A stretch of DNA of 64,000 bases from assembly GCA_963723985.1 (NCBI GenBank), contig CAVRTC010000017.1:94108-158107 (forward strand). The letters are read 5' to 3'. How positions within the stretch are numbered: position 1 is the stretch's first letter; each line of letters opens with the position of its first letter. Positions 40,660 through 52,106 of the stretch are shown here, one piece after another. The notes under the pieces were generated by a model that ran no database searches, was not told where the DNA came from, and saw only the letters and a list, made by a program, of their open reading frames with translations. The stretch is from an uncultured Actinomycetes bacterium (GTDB lineage: Bacteria; Actinomycetota; Acidimicrobiia; IMCC26256; BP-133). The translations under genes and the position numbers were made by a program.

Positions 40660-41643
40660 ATGCCCGACAAGCAGATGGCCATCCAACATGCCTGGCGCCG
40701 GAGGAACGAACCGGACCGGCCGATCATGGTCGGTATCGCCGGCGACAGCGCCTCCGGGAAGACGACCCTGACCCAGGGCCTGGTCGACGCGCTGGGCGCC
40801 GATCGGATCACGGCCATCTGCGTCGACGACTACCACCGGTTCGACCGGGTCGAGCGCAAGGGGTTGTCCTTCACGCCGCTCCATCCGGCCTGCAACTACG
40901 TCGAGGTGATGGAGCAGCACCTCCAGCTGCTGGCCCTGGGCCAGCCCGTCCTCAAACCGGTCTACAACCACGCCACCGGCACCCTCGACCGGCCGGTGCT
41001 GGTGGAGCCGTCGGAGTTCGTGATCGCCGAGGGGTTGCTGCCGCTGCACACCCGCTTGGCCCGGGCCTGTTTCGACGTGACCGTGTACCTCGATCCGCCT
41101 GAGGAGATCCGCCGCCGCTGGAAGGTCCGGCGCGACACGGCCAAGCGGGGCTACTCGGACGAGGAGGTCGTCGCCGAGCTGGGCCGGCGGGAGCCGGAGT
41201 CAGCCGCCTACATCCGGCCGCAGCGGGCCCACGCCGACATCGTCGTCCGCTTCGCTCCGATCGAGGAGCGGGGCGAGACGATCGACGACCCCCTGTCGGC
41301 CTACGTGATGCTGCGTCCCACGATCGCCCACCCGGACCTGTCCGGTGTCATCAGCGACGACACCCGCAAGGCGGCCCACCTGAAGCTCCTCCGGGACGAG
41401 GACGGCAAGCCGGTCGACGCCCTCCACGTCCACGCCTACGCCGAGCGGTCGCTCACCGACCAGGTCGAGCTGTCACTGTGGCGGGAGCTGCAGGAGCCGG
41501 CGGCGCTTCCCGGCGGGCTGGGCCGGATCGGGGCCGAGGGTCGCAGCGAGCCGCTGGCGGTGGTGCAGCTCCTCCTGCTGTTCCATCTCTTTCAGGCGCG
41601 GGGCCCCGAGCGGGCGATGGCGGCGGCGTCAGTCCCCAGGTAG
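40660..41643 (+). CDS. prk: Phosphoribulokinase
   Basis: IAGDSASGKTT, DDYHRFDR, TPLHP, KPVYNH, EGL, WKVRRD..KRGY, YIRPQR..ADIV. Confidence 0.88.
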   Translation: MPDKQMAIQHAWRRRNEPDRPIMVGIAGDSASGKTTLTQGLVDALGADRITAICVDDYHRFDRVERKGLSFTPLHPACNYVEVMEQHLQLLALGQPVLKPVYNHATGTLDRPVLVEPSEFVIAEGLLPLHTRLARACFDVTVYLDPPEEIRRRWKVRRDTAKRGYSDEEVVAELGRREPESAAYIRPQRAHADIVVRFAPIEERGETIDDPLSAYVMLRPTIAHPDLSGVISDDTRKAAHLKLLRDEDGKPVDALHVHAYAERSLTDQVELSLWRELQEPAALPGGLGRIGAEGRSEPLAVVQLLLLFHLFQARGPERAMAAASVPR

Positions 41644-43154
41644 GACTCCACGACCCGGGGGTGAGACAGAACCTCGGCGGGGGTGCCCCGGGCGATCACC
41701 GCGCCGAGCTCGAGGGCGATGACCTCGTCGGACACGGCGGCGATCAGCGGCATGTCGTGTTCGATCACGAGCATTGAACAGCCGGTGTAGGCCTGGACAC
41801 GACGCAGCAGCGGGCCGAGCGCCTCGGTCTCCCGCTGGGCCACCCCGGCCGACGGCTCGTCGAGGAGGACGACGGCCGGGTCCTGGGCGAGGATGCAGGC
41901 CAGCTCGACGATCCGCCGGCTCCCGCTGGACAGCTCCCCGAGGAGCTTGTCGCGGAAGGCACCGAGACCCATGAGCTCGATGAGCGCCTGCACCCGGGCG
42001 GCGAGGTCGGTCTCCGACTCGTACGACGCTGGCAGATGGAGCGCCGCCGCCACCATGTCCCTGCTGGTCAGGTGGCGCTCGAAGGCGATGGCGATCGTCT
42101 CCCAGGTGGTGAGCGACGGATAGAGCAGCGCCTCCTGGAAGGACCGGCCGAGGCCGGCCCGGGCCCGCTCGTGGGGCGCCCAGCCGGTGACGTCGCGTCC
42201 CCGGAGCTCGACCCGACCGGCGTCGATGGGAAGGAACCCGGAGATGCAGTCGAACAGCGTCGTCTTGCCGGCGCCGTTCTGGCCGATAAGGCCCAGGATC
42301 TCCCCCTGCCGCAGGTCGAGGTCGACCTCGTCGACGGCGTGGATGCCGCCGAAGCGCTTCACGATGCCCCGGCAGGACAGCAGAACGGGCGACTTGTGAC
42401 CGGTCGGCGGTCCTGAGACGTCGACCGCCCTCGGGCCCTGGCGGATGAACACCGACCGGAGGAGGTCGGGCCGCTCCAGCAGGTCGGCGGTCGGACCGGT
42501 GAAGCGCACCTCGCCCTTCTCCATGAACACCGCTCGTTGAGCCAGCGTGAGGGCGATGTTGACCGACTGTTCGACGATCACGATCGTCGTACCGGCGGCG
42601 TGGACGGTGCGGAGCACGTCGAGGAGATGCCCGACGACCGTCGGCGCCAGGCCGAGCGACAGCTCGTCGACCATCAACAACCGGGGCTTCGTCATGAACG
42701 CCTGGGCCAGCGCCAGCATCTGCTGCTCGCCGCCGGAGAGGTAGCCGGCCGGCTGGGTACGGCGCTCGGCCAGGATCGGGAACAGCTCGAGGACCTCGGC
42801 CCGGGCGGCTTCGATCCGGGCGCTGTGCTTGCGGAACGTCCAGGCGGCGAGACGGAGGTGCTCGTCGACGGTGACCGTCGGGAAGATCCCCTTGCCGCCG
42901 GGCATCAGCGAGACACCCGCCCGGGTGACGGCTTCGGCCTCGCGGCCGGTGATGTCCTGCCCGTCGAAGAAGACCTTGCCGGCCGTGGGGTCGATGAGGC
43001 CGGACACCGCTTTGAGCAGCGTCGACTTGCCGGCGCCGTTGGTGCCCAGCAACGCCACGATCTCGCCTTCGGCGACCTCGAAGTCGACGCCGAAGAGCAC
43101 CTGCACCGGCCCGTAGGCGACGTCGAGGCCCTTGCATTCGACAAGGGCGCTCAA
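41592..43154 (-). CDS. Double ABC ATPase (LivF-LivG fusion)
   Basis: Two Walker A motifs (GTNGAGKST, GQNGAGKTT), LSGGEQQM, DELSLGLAP. Confidence 0.92.
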   Translation of the reverse strand: MSALVECKGLDVAYGPVQVLFGVDFEVAEGEIVALLGTNGAGKSTLLKAVSGLIDPTAGKVFFDGQDITGREAEAVTRAGVSLMPGGKGIFPTVTVDEHLRLAAWTFRKHSARIEAARAEVLELFPILAERRTQPAGYLSGGEQQMLALAQAFMTKPRLLMVDELSLGLAPTVVGHLLDVLRTVHAAGTTIVIVEQSVNIALTLAQRAVFMEKGEVRFTGPTADLLERPDLLRSVFIRQGPRAVDVSGPPTGHKSPVLLSCRGIVKRFGGIHAVDEVDLDLRQGEILGLIGQNGAGKTTLFDCISGFLPIDAGRVELRGRDVTGWAPHERARAGLGRSFQEALLYPSLTTWETIAIAFERHLTSRDMVAAALHLPASYESETDLAARVQALIELMGLGAFRDKLLGELSSGSRRIVELACILAQDPAVVLLDEPSAGVAQRETEALGPLLRRVQAYTGCSMLVIEHDMPLIAAVSDEVIALELGAVIARGTPAEVLSHPRVVESYLGTDAAAIARSGPRA

Positions 43155-45261
43155 CGGCGACCTCCGGACAGCGCACCGTCCAGCAGATCGACCTCGTCCT
43201 CGGGGTGGTCGTCGTCGGGCCCGGTGTGCTCCGGCGCGTGGCGGGCGTCGGCCACGAGGCTCGGCACGAGAACGCGGCGCCGCTTGGCCACCAGCTTCAG
43301 GAACCGGTCCCGCACGTTGAAGGCCACCTGGCCGAGCCCGCCCGGCACGACCAGCAGCACGGCCAGGAGGCTCGTGCCGGTGACCAGCAGCCGGTACTTG
43401 GCGTCGACATTCTGGAGCGCCCGCAGCGAGACCACGCCGAGCAGCACCCCGCCGACCGAGCCCAGGCCGCCGATCACCGCCATGGCGAACACTTCGAGGC
43501 TGTACACCGGTTGGTAGCTCCCGATGCGGGCGCCGTGGAGCAGGACCACGTGGAGGCCGCCGGCGATCCCGGCCAGCACCCCGGAGAACACGAAGCCCGA
43601 CAGGATCACTCCGGTGGTCGGCACCGAGGCCGCCTCGGCCGCCCGACGGTTGTCCCGCGAGGCGATGAGCACCCGGCCGGCCCGGGACCGACGCACCCCC
43701 CGGGCCAGGAAGATCACGAGCACCAGGAAGCTCAAGCATAGGAAGTACATCGTCCGGGCCCGCTCCAACGGCCACCGCTCCCAAAGGTTGGGCCGTTCGA
43801 ACTGGCTGGGGATCCACTCGTTGAAATACGTCGGGTTGAGGAAGTAGCTGTCGAGGGCCACGGCGAAGGCCAACGTGGTGACGGCCAGGAACAGCCCTCG
43901 GATCCGCAGCGCCGGCAACCCCAGCAGGAGGGCCACGACGCCGCCCGTAACCCCGGAGACCAGGAGCGCCACGAACAGGTCGGCATCGAGTTCGTGACCA
44001 TGTTCCCGGCGGTGACCGCCCCCACGCCCACGATGGCGAACTGGCCGAGGCTGATGTGGCCGCCCCAGCCGGTCAACACGACAAGCGACACGCCGACCAT
44101 GCACCAGACCAACGTGAGCGACAGCGTGAGAGTGGTGCTCGACCCGTACACGAACGGAGCGGCGATGGCCGCGCCGGCCACCAAGAGGTAGAGCACCGCC
44201 TTACCGATCCGGACTTCCGGCAGGCGGCGCAGCTCGAACGGCACCGGACGGGCGACGGCGGTGTCGGTCCACGAGCTCGCCGTGTCGGACAGGCGACCCA
44301 TGCGGTCACGGCGGAACAGCAACCCGGCCAGGATCACGAGGAGGAACACCACGTCGGCCGCCGAGGGGACGTTCCCGTTCCAGAAGACCAGCTGCTCCAA
44401 CGCCCCCAGTGCGGCCGCGGCGAAGAAGGCCACCGGCAGCGACTCCATGCGGGCCAACACGGCGGCGGCCAGGGCCGGAAGCAGCAGCCCGGGCCCGGCC
44501 AGGCCGGAGGGGACCGCGCCCTTGCTCGGAACGGTGAGCACGTAGGTCAGCGCCGAGAGCCCACCGCCCACGATCCAGACCATCGTCGACAGCCGGGCCA
44601 CCGGGATGCCGAGGAGGCGGGCCCGGTCGACGTTCTCGGCCGCGGCCCGCATGGCGATACCGGCGTCGGTGCGGCCGAGGAACCAGGCCAGGGCGCCGAT
44701 CACCAGCGGCACCACGGCCAGGATCAGGATGTGGTCGCCGGTGAAGACGACCGGTTCGATCTCGAACACCTTGCCGTTGATCGGCGAGCGGAACCCGCCC
44801 AGCGGCCCCCCGCTGGCGTCGAACAGAGTCGGCAGCAACAGCTCCATGCCGCCCAGCACCTGGGCCAACCCGATGGTGGCCACGGTGAGCACGAGCCGGG
44901 ACTGGCCGGCGAAGCGCCGGATGACGAGGAACTCGACGATGCCTCCGAGGGCCAGGCCTAGGGCCACGGCGACGGCCATGGCGGCGAAGTAGTTCCAGCC
45001 GGAGGCAAGGTACAGCTCGACGCCGAACAGGCCGGCGACCGAACCGAGTGAGCCGTAGGCGAAGTTGACGATCCGGTTGGTGCGGTAGATCAGGATCAGG
45101 CCGATGGCCAGGAGCCCGTTGGCTGTGCCGAGGACGATGCCGGTCAGCACGATGCCGACCGGCGCGCCCTGAGGCAGCAGGCCGGCCGCCAGCGGCCAGA
45201 CGAGGATGAGCAGCGCGGCGACCGCGAAGCCCGCCGCCACCCCCCGGAGGCGGGCGATCAC
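43151..45261 (-). CDS. Double ABC permease (LivH-LivM fusion), one indel
   Basis: IVNFAYG, GIAMRAAAEN, GHISLGQ, PALRIRG. Confidence 0.9.
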
Positions 45262-47030
45262 CGCTCGGGGATGGCCGGGTCGGTCGTGGGCCACTCACCG
45301 GGCTTGTACCGCTTGCCCGGGTTGGGATCGATGTAGGAGCCCTTCTCTTTGTTCTGCGGCGAGGTGGCGTTGCGGTCCCAGTAGATCTCCCGGGCATCCT
45401 GCGTCGGCGTGTAGCGGCCGGGGGTGAACTTCCAGGTCCCGGCCGGGCCCGACCCACCGGGCCAGGCGTACATGCCCCGCTCGAACGTCTCCGGCGTGAG
45501 GTGTGGGCCGGCGTGCTGCACGCCGATGGCCAGCAGGTACATGTTGTAGTAGAGGATGTCGACGAGCACCGACGGCTCTTCGTTGGGCCGCACCGCCTTG
45601 AAGGCGTTGTAACCGGTGGTGGCCCGCAGCGGCTGCAACGGGCCGATGAAGCTCACGCCGAGCGACCGTGACCACTGGTCCTGTTGGTAGAGCTGGCCGA
45701 GGACGTCGAGGTCGATGAACCCGGCTCCGGTGATGATCCACTCGGGGAAGTAGCCCTGCTCCTGGGCCTTCGACGTGAGGAAGATCGGGATGGCCGGGTC
45801 GCAGCCGCAGATGACCGTGGTGATCTTCTCGCTCTTGAGCTTGGCGATGATGCTGGCCGCCTGGTTCGACAAGGTGTTGAAGTCGAGCTTGTAGGCGATG
45901 CGGGCCTGGTAGGGGTGACCGGCCGCCCGGGCCACCTTCTCGCCGGCCTCGACGCACTGCTGGTACCAGGGGTTCTCGGGAGCGAGGATGGCGGTGGTGC
46001 GGGTCTTCCCCTTCAGGTCACCGCCGGCGTACTTCGCCGGCCGCCCGGCCAGCCGCTTGTTGGAGTAGTCGCTGACCGATTGCTGGATGAAGGTGCAGTC
46101 GGTCGTGGGGCTCCAGGCGTAGGGCCGCCGGGCCGCCAGCCATTCCTGCGACATGTACGGCGCTCCGAACGACATCAGGCCACGGCGGGCGAGGGCGTCG
46201 GAGTACGGCGCGCTGATGGCGATCATGTCGCCGAAGGCCTTGATCTCCTCGGCGGCCTTGACGGCGTCGGCCTCCACCGCCTCCTGCCCACCGCCCTGGA
46301 GTTCGGTGTTGAAGTTCCCCTTGCCGTCGAAGAAGACCATCTTGAGCTTGCGCCCGTAGAACTGGAACCGGCTGTTGAAGTACTCGGCCAGGCCCTCCAG
46401 GGTGCGCTTGATCTCCTCGGGCTTGATCGAGAATGAGGCGGCCGGGCCGCTGTCGCTCGGGGCGGCCGAGAAGTCGGGCAGGCCGGCCAGCCGGACCGAC
46501 ATGATGATCTCGCTCGGGGTCACCCCGCGGTAGGTGGCGCCCCCGTTATCTCCCGAGAATGCGATACAGGGCGGGGAGTAGGGGTCGTTCGGCACCTGTG
46601 CCTTGCGGTTGGCGCAGCCGCCGATCTTGGGGGCGGCCGCCTGCTTCCCGCCGGCACCCGCACCTGCCGCGCCGCCGGCCGCTCCACCGCCGCCGCCGGA
46701 GGAGCCGGCCGCGGTGCCGCTCCGCCCGCCGGCCGCCGCCTTGCCGCGGGCCGCCGGGCCGGAGGCCGCCGTCGTGCCCCCAACCCCGTTGTCGCCGGTT
46801 GTCTCGCCGGGCGCGGCGGAGGCGTCGCCGCCGATGGGACTGCCGTCGCCGGCCGTGGGCCCGCCGCCACCGGGACCGGCCACGGTCACCGTCTTGATCT
46901 CGGTGCCCACCGTCGGCACCAGGGCGGCCATGAGCATGAACAGCACGGCGAAGCCGAACAGCGGGCCGTAGCCCCGCATCAGGCGGGTGGCGGGGGACGG
47001 CGGTGGGGACGCAGACGACGGAAGGCTCAC
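45258..47030 (-). CDS. Membrane-anchored Liv-type substrate-binding protein
   Basis: TM + Gly-rich linker, DPYSPPC, GDNGGAT.RGVT, YGRK. Confidence 0.8.
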   Translation of the reverse strand: MSLPSSASPPPSPATRLMRGYGPLFGFAVLFMLMAALVPTVGTEIKTVTVAGPGGGGPTAGDGSPIGGDASAAPGETTGDNGVGGTTAASGPAARGKAAAGGRSGTAAGSSGGGGGAAGGAAGAGAGGKQAAAPKIGGCANRKAQVPNDPYSPPCIAFSGDNGGATYRGVTPSEIIMSVRLAGLPDFSAAPSDSGPAASFSIKPEEIKRTLEGLAEYFNSRFQFYGRKLKMVFFDGKGNFNTELQGGGQEAVEADAVKAAEEIKAFGDMIAISAPYSDALARRGLMSFGAPYMSQEWLAARRPYAWSPTTDCTFIQQSVSDYSNKRLAGRPAKYAGGDLKGKTRTTAILAPENPWYQQCVEAGEKVARAAGHPYQARIAYKLDFNTLSNQAASIIAKLKSEKITTVICGCDPAIPIFLTSKAQEQGYFPEWIITGAGFIDLDVLGQLYQQDQWSRSLGVSFIGPLQPLRATTGYNAFKAVRPNEEPSVLVDILYYNMYLLAIGVQHAGPHLTPETFERGMYAWPGGSGPAGTWKFTPGRYTPTQDAREIYWDRNATSPQNKEKGSYIDPNPGKRYKPGEWPTTDPAIPER

Positions 47031-48616
47031 GAGATGCTCCGGGACGCTCGACGAAGGTGGAAGGCGTCGGCCGCCGCCAGGGCGCCGACGGTGAGGAGGG
47101 CGAGGGCGGCGACGGCCAGGGCCCGCCCTCCCTTGCTGCCGGGTTCGTGGCGCGACGGCGACCCGAGGAGGGCGGAAGGGTCGAAGAGCCCGAGCTCGTC
47201 ACCGGCCGGGTTGGTGCCGGCCGTGGCGTCGGCGCCCGGAGCGGAACCCGAGGATGGGCGGCCCAGGTTGCCGCCCAGCGGCTCTCCCAGGTCACCACCG
47301 GTCAGCCCGCCGTCGGTCGGGTCGGCGAACGCCGTGGACGGGGCCGGGGCGGCGGAGAGGTCGGGCAGGCCGGGGACGTCGGTGCCGTCGCCGAAGCCGC
47401 CGTCATCCAGGCCGCCGCCGTCGCCGGTGCCACCGTCGAACGGGTTGTCGTAGAGCTCGCCCTCGGTCGTGGCGCTGACGCCGCCGAAGTCGAAGCGGAT
47501 GCCGCCGGTGCCGGTCAGGACACCGGCCGCGACGTCGGCCACCGTCACCGCCGCGCCGAAGTCGCAGGAGATGGCCAGCAGGCCGCCGACCACCGCCTCG
47601 CGGAACGGCTGGAGGCTGGTGACCAGCGGGGCGAAGAGAACCCCGCCGAGCGGCGAGTCGGCCAGGCGCAGGGTCATGGGCGACACCCGGACCACGCCTC
47701 CGGCGGTGTCGAGGCGGGGCGATTCGACGGCCAGGCCGCTGGGGGCGATCGCCGTGTTGAGGACGGTTAACGGGTCGGGCAGCGGGGGAGCTGACCCTCC
47801 GGGCACGACGGCGGGCGGAGCCGGTGGCGCGGGCAACGGCTTGCCCTGGAGGAGCACCGAGCCCACGGTGAAAGTTCCGTCGGCCAGCGCGCCTTCACCG
47901 GTGCGCTGCGTCGCTTCCCAGCGGACGTCGATCAGGCTGATGGCCCCGCCGGCCAGTTTGAGCCGGTCCATGGTGGTCACGGCGTGGGCCACGCGGGTCT
48001 TGCGGTCCACGACGCCGGTGGTGGCCTCGGTGCGGCCGTTGACGACCTCGATCAGCGGCCCGAAGGCGAGGGCCCCGCTGGTGGTCGCCGCCCAGGCGGA
48101 CGGGTCGGCCGTCGCCTTGACCTGCTGGTGTTCCAACCGTCCGCTGATCGGGCTGCCGGCGGGGAAGGCCCCCTGGTCGATCTGGCGGCCCTTCTCGGCG
48201 TCCTTGTCGCCGGTCGAGACCGACAACGTCGACACGAAGGGGAACTGCGTGGGGCTGCTGCCGCCGCCGGGCTTCGGGGGAGCAGGGGCGCCTCCGCCAC
48301 CGCCTCCGCCTCCGCCGCCGGGCGGTTGGGGTTGGCCGCCACCGCAGTCGCCCTCGGCGGCCTTCTGCTCCGGGGGCTTCACCCCGCCGCTGGTGGCCGT
48401 GGCCGAGTTGCCCTGGTACGTGACGAGCGCCTTCCCGAAGTTGATCGGGATCTCGAGGCCGCCCGTCCTCGGGATGATCTCGAACAGGTTGGCCCGCGCC
48501 CGGCCGCTTCCGGCCACGAATTTTTCTTGGGGGGAGACCCCCCCGACCCCCCCGTCAGGGTCGGCGCCGGCACCCGTCCCCAGGGGTACGACAGCCAGGA
48601 TCGTGACCCCGACCAA
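47027..48616 (-). CDS. Secreted, C-terminally anchored protein heading the ABC operon
   Basis: Signal-like N-terminus, Gly/Asp-rich linker, C-terminal TM and basic tail; start uncertain. Confidence 0.7.
   Translation of the reverse strand: MVGVTILAVVPLGTGAGADPDGGVGGVSPQEKFVAGSGRARANLFEIIPRTGGLEIPINFGKALVTYQGNSATATSGGVKPPEQKAAEGDCGGGQPQPPGGGGGGGGGGAPAPPKPGGGSSPTQFPFVSTLSVSTGDKDAEKGRQIDQGAFPAGSPISGRLEHQQVKATADPSAWAATTSGALAFGPLIEVVNGRTEATTGVVDRKTRVAHAVTTMDRLKLAGGAISLIDVRWEATQRTGEGALADGTFTVGSVLLQGKPLPAPPAPPAVVPGGSAPPLPDPLTVLNTAIAPSGLAVESPRLDTAGGVVRVSPMTLRLADSPLGGVLFAPLVTSLQPFREAVVGGLLAISCDFGAAVTVADVAAGVLTGTGGIRFDFGGVSATTEGELYDNPFDGGTGDGGGLDDGGFGDGTDVPGLPDLSAAPAPSTAFADPTDGGLTGGDLGEPLGGNLGRPSSGSAPGADATAGTNPAGDELGLFDPSALLGSPSRHEPGSKGGRALAVAALALLTVGALAAADAFHLRRASRSIS
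48529..48553. repeat. REP-like G6-N3-C7-N2-C7 element inside a CDS
   Basis: GGGGGGAGACCCCCCCGACCCCCCC. Confidence 0.35.
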
Positions 48617-48819
48617 TGCCGGGGCACGGCGCCGCCATCTTCTCGTCGTGGGCCTGATGGGTGAGCTCCCCCCGCTCGATCCCGGCTGGTCCGGTATGGC
48701 CGGGCCCGTCCAGTCATGCTACCCAGCCAAGTTACCGGTGAGAAACGCGGGGCCGCCGTCCCGATTCGCGCAGATCGTCCGCCGGAAGAACCTGGCACTG
48801 ACGGTACCCTCCTTAGAGC

Positions 48820-51800
48820 ATGAGGGCACCCTCTGAGCGAGATGTCCAGGCGCTGGCCCGCCAGATCGCCCAGGCGGGCGGGGAGGACAAGGCCCGGCTC
48901 TTCCGGGGCTCGTGGTGGAGCGAGCAGCTCCTCGAGTGGTCCATGGCCCCCGGGGCCTTCAAGACGCAGCTCTTCCGCTTCGTCGACGTCTTCCCCGGCT
49001 GCCGCGACGACGACGACGTCATGCGCCACCTCCAGGAGTATTTCGAGGGTGACACCACCCCGGCGCCGTTGCGGCTGGGCCTGGGTCTCGGCGGCAAGGT
49101 GCCGTTCGGCGCCGGCGTGTCGGCGGCCACCGCCCGGCGCAACATCCACTCGCATGGCCCGGCAGTTCATCGCCGGGGAGACGGCCGCGGAGGCCCTGCC
49201 CCGGCTGGAGGCGCTGTGGTTGGCCGGTGAGGCGTCGACCGTCGACCTGCTGGGGGAGAAGACGCTGACCTCGGCCGAGGCCGACCGCTACGCCGAGCGG
49301 GTCGGCGAGGTGCTGGAGACGGCTGGCGATGGCCACGGCGGTGTGGCCGGCGCAGCCGCTGCTGGAGTCGGATCCGTGGGGGCCGATGCCCCGGGTCAAC
49401 ATCTCGGTGAAGGCGACGGCGCTGGCGCCGCGGCTCGGCGCCCCTGACCCGGGCCGAGGGCATCGAGGAGGCCCTGGGCCGGCTGCGGCCGATCCTGCTG
49501 CGGGCCCGCGAGGTGCCGGCCACGATCCACATCGACACCGAGCACGACGACGTGAAGGACCTGACGTTCGAGCTCGCTCCGGGCGCTGGGCGACGAGTTC
49601 CCCAGCGGGCCCGCAGCTGGGCTGTGTGGTGCAGGCCTACCGGAAGGACTCCTACGCCGATCTGCGCGACCTGGTGGCCTGGTCCAGGCGGGCCCTGCAG
49701 GTTCCCCTGCAGATCCGGCTGGTGAAGGGCGCCTACTGGGACTACGAGACGGTCGTGGCCAAGGCCGAGGGCTGGCCCGTGCCCGTGTTCGAGGAAAGGC
49801 CGAGACCGACGCCAACTACGAGCGCTGCGCCCGCTACCTGGTCGAGCACGCCGGCGTGGTGCGGCCGGCCTTCGCCAGCCACAACCTGCGGTAGCCTGGC
49901 CTACGGGCTGGCCGCGGCCCGGGCCGGCGGGCCTGCCCGACGGGGCGGTCGAGCTCCAGCTGCTCTACGGGATGGCCGAGCCCGTCCACGCCGCCCTCCG
50001 CGCCCTGGGGCAGCGGGTGCGGATCTACGCCCCGGTCGGCGAGCTGGTCCCGGGCATGGCCTACCTGGTTCGGCGGCTGCTGGAGAACACCTCCAACGAG
50101 TCGTTCCTCCGGCACCGCTTCGCCGAGGGCCGGGAGCTCGCCGAGCTGCTCCGCCCCCCGGAGGTCAGGAGCGGGACCTGCCCGACGCCGGGCCGGACGC
50201 GGCGCCGCGGCCCGCCGACCGACCCGGCCCGACCCCGGGCCGTTCGTCAACGAGCCGCCGGCCGAGTTGCGCCGGATCACGGCCCCGGGCCCGCCTGGTG
50301 GCGGCGGTGGGCGCCACACCGGCCCGGCTGGGCTTCGAGGCGCCGGTGCTCATCGACGGGAGGCCCGTCCGCACCCGGGAGCGAGATCGTCTCGGTCGAC
50401 CCGGGCGCCTACTCGACGGTGGTGTGCCGCAGCGGCCGGGCCGGCTCCGCCGAGGTCGAAGCCGCCGTGGGCGCAGCGTCGGCGGCGGGCCGGGAGCTGG
50501 CGCGCGCGCGGGCTTCTCCGGACGGGCGGCCGTGCTGTTCCGGGCGGCGGCGCTCATGCGGGCCCGGAAGGCGGAGCTGGCCGCCCTCATGGTCTTCGAG
50601 GCGGGCAAGCCGATCAAGGAGGCCGACGGCGACGTGGCCGAGGCCATCGACTTCTGCGAGTACTACGGCCGGGAGGCGCTGCGTCTCGGCGCCGGCGTGC
50701 CGATCCTCCAGGCCCCGGGTGAGACCAACACCTACCGCTATCAGCCCCGGGGGATGGGCGTCGTGATCGCCCCCTGGAACTTCCCGCTGGCCATCCCCTG
50801 CGGGATGGTGACGGCCGGCGCTGGTGACGGGCAACACCGTGCTGTTCAAGCCGGCCGAGCAGACGCCGGGCATCGCCTACCGGCTGGTGCAGATCCTGCT
50901 GGAGGCCGGGGTGCCGCCCGGGGCGCTGGCCTTCCTGCCCGGGGTGGGCGAGGAGGTGGGCGCCGAGCTGGTGGCCCGGCCCGAGGTGTCGTTCGTGACG
51001 TTCACGGGCTCGGTGGCGGTGGGCCTGTCGATCATCGAGCAGGCCGCCGTCCACCAACCCGGCCAGGGCCACGTCAAGCGGGTGGTGGCCGAGATGGGCG
51101 GCAAGAACGCCATCGTGGTCGACACCGACGCCGACCTCGACCAGGCCGTGCCCGCCATCGTGGCCAGCGCCTTCGGCTACGCCGGCCAGAAGTGCTCGGC
51201 CGCCTCCCGGGTGATCGGTCTCGGCCCGATCTTCGACGAGCTGGTCGACCGGCTGGCGGGGACCACGGAGCTCGTGCTGGTGTCGGCCACCCCCGGGAGC
51301 TGCGCACGTCGGTGGGCCCGGTCATCGACGAGGACGCCTGGAAGCGGGTCCGCCGCTACCAGGAGGCGGCCCGGGTGGAGGGCGAGGTCGCTGGCGCAGC
51401 GCAACGACCTGCCCGACGGCGGCTGGTACGTCGGGCCGACGGTGGTGGTGACCGACGATCCCGGGCTGCCGGGTGGCCACCGAGGAGATCTTCGGGCCGG
51501 TGCTGGTGGCCCTGCGGGCCGACGGCTTCGACGAGGCCCTGGCGCTGGCCGGCGCGACCGACTACGCCCTCACCGGCGGGCTCTTCTCCCGCTCACCGGC
51601 CCGGATCGCCCGGGCCGCCGAGGAGTTCCGGGCCGGAAACCTCTACATCAACCGGGGCATCACCGGCGCCCTGGTCGGGCGCCAGCCCTTCGGCGGCTTC
51701 GGCATGTCGGGCGTGGGCTCCAAGGCCGGCGGGCCCGACTACCTGCTGCAGTTCGTGGAGCCCCGGGTCATCACCGAGAACACGATCCGCCAGGGCTTCG

Positions 51801-51820
51801 CCCCCAGCGAAGGCACCTGA
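48820..51820 (+). CDS. putA: Bifunctional proline dehydrogenase / P5C dehydrogenase (many indels)
   Basis: LFRFVDVFP, DLLGE, RLVKGAYWD, ASHN, YLVRRLLEN, PWNFP, FTGS, EMGGKN, GQKCSA, EEIFGP. Confidence 0.92.
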
Positions 51821-52008
51821 GGGGCATTTTGAAGGCTCGGGGGACCGGGCGTTCTGCCCTATCCCTCCAACGAGAACAACGCTGGACACTTCGGATCATG
51901 ACGCCCGGTCGTCACAATTTCTTCGTGTGACCTTGAACTTCTCTTATCGGTCTCTTTGGACAGTGCCTGACGTTCCGGACAGTCCGGACGTTTTGGCCCC
52001 AGACGCGC

Positions 52009-52106
52009 CTCACCGCCTCCGACGGGCTCGTTGGGCGGGCTGGGGACCGTCCGGCGTGCTCTCGTCTGTCGAGGCGGTGAGTCGTTCCTGCGAGGCGGTC
52101 GCAGGA
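52009..52106. other. Two stable stem-loops in an ORF-free intergenic region
   Basis: About 18-bp stem 52009-52081; 8-bp stem 52086-52106. Confidence 0.45.

Noticed and set aside
48820-51820. putA and many other genes as pseudogenes or programmed frameshifts
   Set aside because: Single-base indels are scattered through many unrelated genes while catalytic motifs stay intact; this fits unpolished long-read error
51925-51955. Chromosomal dif or CRP site
   Set aside because: CCGATAA half is present but no XerD arm; the TCACA/TGTGA halves are in the wrong order and spacing for CRP
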